The position numbers were made by a program, and so were the translations under genes. A DNA stretch of 64,000 nt, from positions 1 to 64,000 of the forward strand of contig OZ219858.1 of assembly GCA_964291395.2 (NCBI GenBank), read 5' to 3'. The notes beneath the pieces were generated by a model that ran no database searches, had not been told where the DNA came from, and worked only from the letters and a program-made list of their open reading frames with translations. Origin of the DNA: Alphaproteobacteria bacterium. Its GTDB lineage: Bacteria > Pseudomonadota > Alphaproteobacteria > UBA2966. This document shows, piece by piece, positions 59,594 through 64,000 of this stretch (within the stretch, counting starts at the first letter, position 1; the number at the start of each line of letters is the position of its first letter).

Positions 59594-61692
59594 ATGATCC
59601 GACTGGCATTCGACATCGGCGGAACGTTCACCGACATCGTGCTGCACGATTCCCTGTCGGGGGCACTGCACGTCGCCAAGACGTTGACCACGCCGGACGA
59701 CTTGGCTCGTGCGGTCATGACCGGCCTGGATGCGGTTCTGGACGAGACGGGGTGGAAATCCTCCGACATAGACGTCCTCCTTCACGCCACGACCGTGGCG
59801 ACGAACGCCATCCTTGAACGAAAGGGCGCCAAGACGGCGCTCCTGACGACCGAGGGATTCCGGGATGTCCTGATCCTGGGCCGCCAGAAACGTTACGAGA
59901 CTTACGACCTCTATTTTCGCAAACCGGAGCCGTTGACACGACGCCGGCACATCTACGAGGTCTCCGAGCGCCTCGATACCGACGGAAGCGTCATTACGCC
60001 GATCGACATGGATGGTCTCGACTCGGTGGCCGACCGGCTCCTGGCAGAGGGGATCGAGTCGGCCGCGATCGTTTTCCTGCATTCCTATGCCAACGCGGAC
60101 CATGAAAGAGCCGCCGCGCGGCGCCTCGCGGAACGCGTGCCCGGTCTGGTCATCTCGGCGTCCTGCGACATCTCCCCTCGCATCCGTGAATACGAACGCA
60201 GCAGCACGACCCTCGCCAACGCCTTCGTCAAGCCGATCACGGCCCGGTACCTCGACAGACTGCAGGAGACCTTGGGGAAGCGGGGGTTTTCGGCACCGCT
60301 CCACGTGATGCAGTCGAACGGTGGGCTCGTGACGCCGGAGATCGCCCGTGACTATCCCGTCCGCATCGTCGAGTCGGGCCCGGCGGCCGGTGTTCTGCTC
60401 GCGCGGCACATCGGACGTCGGGAATCCACGGACCACGTGCTGACATTCGACATGGGCGGCACGACCGCCAAACTCGGCGTCGTGGACGACGGCGAGCCGG
60501 CCATCACGCCCGCTTTCGAAGTCGACACGATCGACTCCCGGCGCTATAGCGGCTTGCCCCTGTCGACCCCCGCGATCGAGCTTCTGGAGATCGGCGCCGG
60601 CGGCGGCAGCATCGCGGCCACCGACGGACACACCATCCAGGTAGGTCCCCAGAGCGCCGGCGCGGACCCGGGGCCCATCTGCTACGGCGGCGGGGGCGAC
60701 CGGCCGACGGTCACCGACGCCAATCTCGTGCTCGGCTACCTCGATCCGGGATATTTCAACGGCGGTGCCATGACGTTGGATCTGGAGTCGGCGGAGGCCG
60801 GCCTGCGGCGGACGATCGCCGACCCCTTGGGCCTGTCGCTGGAAGACGCGGCATGGGGCATTCACGCGGTCGCCAACGCCAACATGGAGCGCGCGATGCG
60901 GGTCATGTCGGTCGAAAAAGGCCGTGACCCCCGCAAGTACACGCTGGTCGCCTTCGGCGGCGCGGGACCGATCCACGCGGCACGAATCGCGCGCTCGCTC
61001 TCGATTCCCCGCGTCATCGTCCCCGCCGCGGCAGGAGTCGGCTCTGCGGTCGGGCTGCTTACCGCCGAAACCCGCATCGACGTGACCCTCACGCGCACCA
61101 TGGCGCTGGAGGCGAGCGCGAGCAGGCAGATCGCGGCGGCGTATGCGGAACTCGAGTCTCTGGTGGCGCGAGAGGCGCCACGCCTCGGTCCGGCCGCGCC
61201 AAGGCTCTCGCGCTATGCCTATCTCCGACAGGCAGGGCAGGGCTTCGAGATCAACGTCAACCTGCCCGACGGCCCCATCGACGACGGTTACGCCGACCGC
61301 GTGATCGAGGCCTTCCACGCCACGTATGAGCGGGACTACGGCTATCGCGACGAGGCATCCGGTGTCGAGGCCGTGGACTGGTGCCTGGCGGCGACGTTTT
61401 TCGACGATACGACCGGCCAACTCGAGACGAAAGCGGTCCCGCGCGAGGAGAGCGGACGGATCGACGGCGATCGGCAGGTGTATCTGCCCGAATACGGCAC
61501 GCAGGTGTCCTGCCGCATCCTGGACCGTGCAACGCTGCCCGTTCCGATGGTTCCGATGGTTCCGATGGCCTCGTAGGCCCCGCGATCATCGAAGACCCTG
61601 AGTCGACGATACTTGCACTACCGGGCGACCGCCTTAGCATGTCGGAGCGCGGCGACGTCATCATCGCCATCAACGCAAGGGAAAACGGTTGA
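59594..61692 (+). CDS. hydantoinase A/oxoprolinase subunit, apparent frameshift near 61540
   Basis: FDIGGTFTD, SGPAAG, DMGGTT; the expected C-terminus GPAIIEDPEST lies in another frame ending at 61692. Confidence 0.88.
61541..61567 (+). repeat. 9-bp tandem repeat (GTTCCGATG)x3
   Basis: Seen directly in the sequence. Confidence 0.9.
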
Positions 61693-63422
61693 ACGACGCG
61701 AACTCACGATCGATGACCGACCTCGGACGGAACGCCCGCATCGACCCCATCACCTTGTCGATCGTCTGGAGCAAGCTGATGTCCATCGTCGAGGAGATGG
61801 GCGGCACGCTGCGCCGCACGGCCTATTCGCCCGCGGTTCGGGAGGGGGACGACTTTTCGTCAGGGTTGTTCGACCGCAAGGGGCGCCTGATCGCCCAGGG
61901 ACAGTTTTCCCCCGCGCATATCGGGGCCATGCCCAATGTCATCCGCAACGTCTCCAAATACATTCCCGTGGAAACTCTGGTCCCCGGCGACGTCATCCTG
62001 TTCAACGATTCGTCGCTGGGCTCCGGCCACTTTCCCGACTTCTTCCTTATCATGCCGGTGTTCGTCGACGACCGGCTCGTCGGCTACTCGGGGGCAACGG
62101 CGCATCACATCGACACCGGTGGCGCGACGCCCGGCTCGCAGGAGATCGCGGGCGTCAGCGAGGCCTACCAGGAAGGGCTCCGGCTCCTGCCCGTGCGCCT
62201 GTTCCGCGCAGGCGAACTGGACGAGGACATCATGCGCACGATCCTCGGCAACGTCCGGGTCCCCGATCTCGTTCAGGGCGACCTCTTCGCGCAGCGGAAC
62301 GCAGCCCACGTCGGCATGACCCGCATGCTCGCAATCTTCGAGGAGTACGGCGAAGAGCTGATCGAGAACACGTTCGAGGAGATTCTCGCCGCCTCCGAAG
62401 CGCGCATGCGCGAGTTCATCCGGACCCTGCCCGATGGGTCCTGGGAATTCGAGGACTTTCTCGACGATGCCGGGCCCCGATCGGACCCCGTGCGTTTCCA
62501 CGTCCGCGTCACCGTCGATGACGGCGATATCGAGCTCGATTTTTCGGGAAGCAGCGATCAGGTCCCGGCGGGGATCAATTCCTACTACAACTTCACCCGG
62601 GCCTGGGGAAACTTCACCGCGATGGCGCTGGCCAAGGCCATTATGCCTCAGAACGAGGGAACCATCCGGCCGATCAAGATCACGGCCCGCGAGGGCTCGT
62701 TCTTCAATGCGGTGCATCCGGCGCCGTCCGGCGGGCGGGCGACCAACCAGGTCCGCCTGTTCGAGGTGGTCAACGGCGCCCTGGCCAAAGCCTTACCCCA
62801 CCGCGCCATGGGGGCCTTCACCCACTGGAGCAACCCCAACATCGGCGGCCTCGACGACCGCACGGGCAAGCCCTTCGTGCAGTACGATCTTCTCTTCGGA
62901 GGCTATGGCGGTCAGCACGACAAGGACGGCGAGGAAGGCATGGCGCCGCTGATGAACTGCACCAACATCCCCGTCGAGGTGTACGAGCATGCGGGGCCCC
63001 TTTTGGTGAAACGCCTCGAGCTGATGGCGGATTCGGGCGGCGCCGGAAAATTCCGCGGCGGACTCGGACTTCGCAAGGACGTTCAACTCAGATGCAAGGA
63101 GGCCCTGGCCACCTTGCTCACCGACCGGCGCAAACACGCGCCTTTCGGCGTCTTCGGTGGCAGTTCCGGCAAGAAGGCGGAGATCATCCTGTTCCGGAAC
63201 GGAGATTCGATTTCGCTCGAGACCAAGGAGACGCGAGCCCTGAAGAAGGGTGACGTGTTGAGCTTCCAACTGTCCGGGGCGGGCGGCTATGGCGACCCGG
63301 CCGAGCGTGAGCCCCGGCGGATCGAGGACGATCTGGCGGACGGTTACGTCACCGAGGAAGGCGCCCGGCGCGACTATGGAGTCGAGATCAAGGACGGCAA
63401 GGTCGTCGGCGGAAAAGCCTAA
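61689..63422 (+). CDS. hydantoinase B/oxoprolinase subunit
   Basis: DPITLSIV, RTAYSPAVRE.DDFS, HHIDTGG, YQEGL, GGYGDP. Confidence 0.92.
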   Translation: MNDANSRSMTDLGRNARIDPITLSIVWSKLMSIVEEMGGTLRRTAYSPAVREGDDFSSGLFDRKGRLIAQGQFSPAHIGAMPNVIRNVSKYIPVETLVPGDVILFNDSSLGSGHFPDFFLIMPVFVDDRLVGYSGATAHHIDTGGATPGSQEIAGVSEAYQEGLRLLPVRLFRAGELDEDIMRTILGNVRVPDLVQGDLFAQRNAAHVGMTRMLAIFEEYGEELIENTFEEILAASEARMREFIRTLPDGSWEFEDFLDDAGPRSDPVRFHVRVTVDDGDIELDFSGSSDQVPAGINSYYNFTRAWGNFTAMALAKAIMPQNEGTIRPIKITAREGSFFNAVHPAPSGGRATNQVRLFEVVNGALAKALPHRAMGAFTHWSNPNIGGLDDRTGKPFVQYDLLFGGYGGQHDKDGEEGMAPLMNCTNIPVEVYEHAGPLLVKRLELMADSGGAGKFRGGLGLRKDVQLRCKEALATLLTDRRKHAPFGVFGGSSGKKAEIILFRNGDSISLETKETRALKKGDVLSFQLSGAGGYGDPAEREPRRIEDDLADGYVTEEGARRDYGVEIKDGKVVGGKA

Positions 63423-63444
63423 CGATTGCAGGCGGGGAACGAAC

Positions 63445-64000
63445 ATGGATGAAGTCGGCAAACTCGAACTGATCCGCGAGGCGCTCATCGCGGTTACCCA
63501 GGAAATGAGGGCGAACGTGATCCACTCGTCCTATTCCTCGATCATTTACGAGGGCCATGACTTCTCCACCGCGCTCGTGGGACCCGATGGACGCTACGTG
63601 GCGCAGTGCGACGGGGATCACCCGCTCCACGTCTTCTCGGTACCGTATTCGACACGGAAGATCCTCGAGGAATTCGGAGACGACATCCGTGAAGGCGACA
63701 TATTTCTTCACAACGACCCTTACACGGGCGGAACGCATCTGAACGATATCCTGCAACTGCATCCCGTCGTCCATGAGGGCGACATCGTGATGTTCGCGGC
63801 CATCCGCTACCACTTCGGCGACGTGGGCGGCATGACGGCGGGCAGCCTGTCGGGCGAAGCGCGTGAGATCTTCCAGGAAGGCCTTCGCATCACGCCCACG
63901 AAAATCTGCAACTCAGGGGTGATGAACGAAGCTTACCTCAGCCTCCTCTTCAACAATATGCGCCAACCCCTGGAGCGCCGCGGTGACTTCAACGCCATGT
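63445..64000 (+). CDS. second hydantoinase B/oxoprolinase subunit (partial, runs off the window)
   Basis: MDEVGKLELIRE..SYSSIIYEGHDFS..NDPYTGGTHLND..HFGDVGG..IFQEGL; absent from the ORF track. Confidence 0.88.
   Translation, partial: MDEVGKLELIREALIAVTQEMRANVIHSSYSSIIYEGHDFSTALVGPDGRYVAQCDGDHPLHVFSVPYSTRKILEEFGDDIREGDIFLHNDPYTGGTHLNDILQLHPVVHEGDIVMFAAIRYHFGDVGGMTAGSLSGEAREIFQEGLRITPTKICNSGVMNEAYLSLLFNNMRQPLERRGDFNAM

Noticed and set aside
61541-61567. Phase-variation switch
   Set aside because: A 9-bp unit preserves frame; the frameshift is better explained by a separate 1-bp indel in the adjacent C run.
1-64000. tRNA, rRNA, integrase or transposase genes
   Set aside because: None recognised by eye; a tRNAscan/Infernal/ISEScan run would be needed to exclude them.

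Overview
GC-rich bacterial window, probably an alphaproteobacterium (inferred from gene repertoire), almost entirely catabolic. It has five blocks. (i) 1-16.1 kb, methylated-amine/betaine C1 genes: mgdABC, soxBDAG, a BHMT-like methyltransferase and an XRE/desaturase/PhnD-like trio. (ii) 17-37 kb: hydantoinase/oxoprolinase, hydrolases, a Mo-hydroxylase and an amidase. (iii) 37.6-44.3 kb: two divergent Rieske oxygenase alpha/beta pairs and MFS transporters. (iv) 44.2-53.1 kb: an ~8.75 kb insert bounded by a 127-bp duplication of an MFS 3' end, carrying a NitT/TauT ABC system, a CaaD-alpha-like tautomerase, an archaeal-type group II chaperonin (thermosome), a YVTN beta-propeller, SCO and LysR. 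(v) 53-64 kb: aromatic/terpenoid-like catabolic genes. Two genes split or truncated by the ORF track have an in-frame TGA at a catalytic Cys position followed by a SECIS-like hairpin: a peroxiredoxin-like UxxC protein (37160-37627) and a linalool dehydratase/isomerase-like protein (53118-54665). The latter is a candidate new selenoenzyme family. Five single-base frameshifts fall in short G/C runs and look like sequencing errors. All family assignments come from motif recognition, not database searches.
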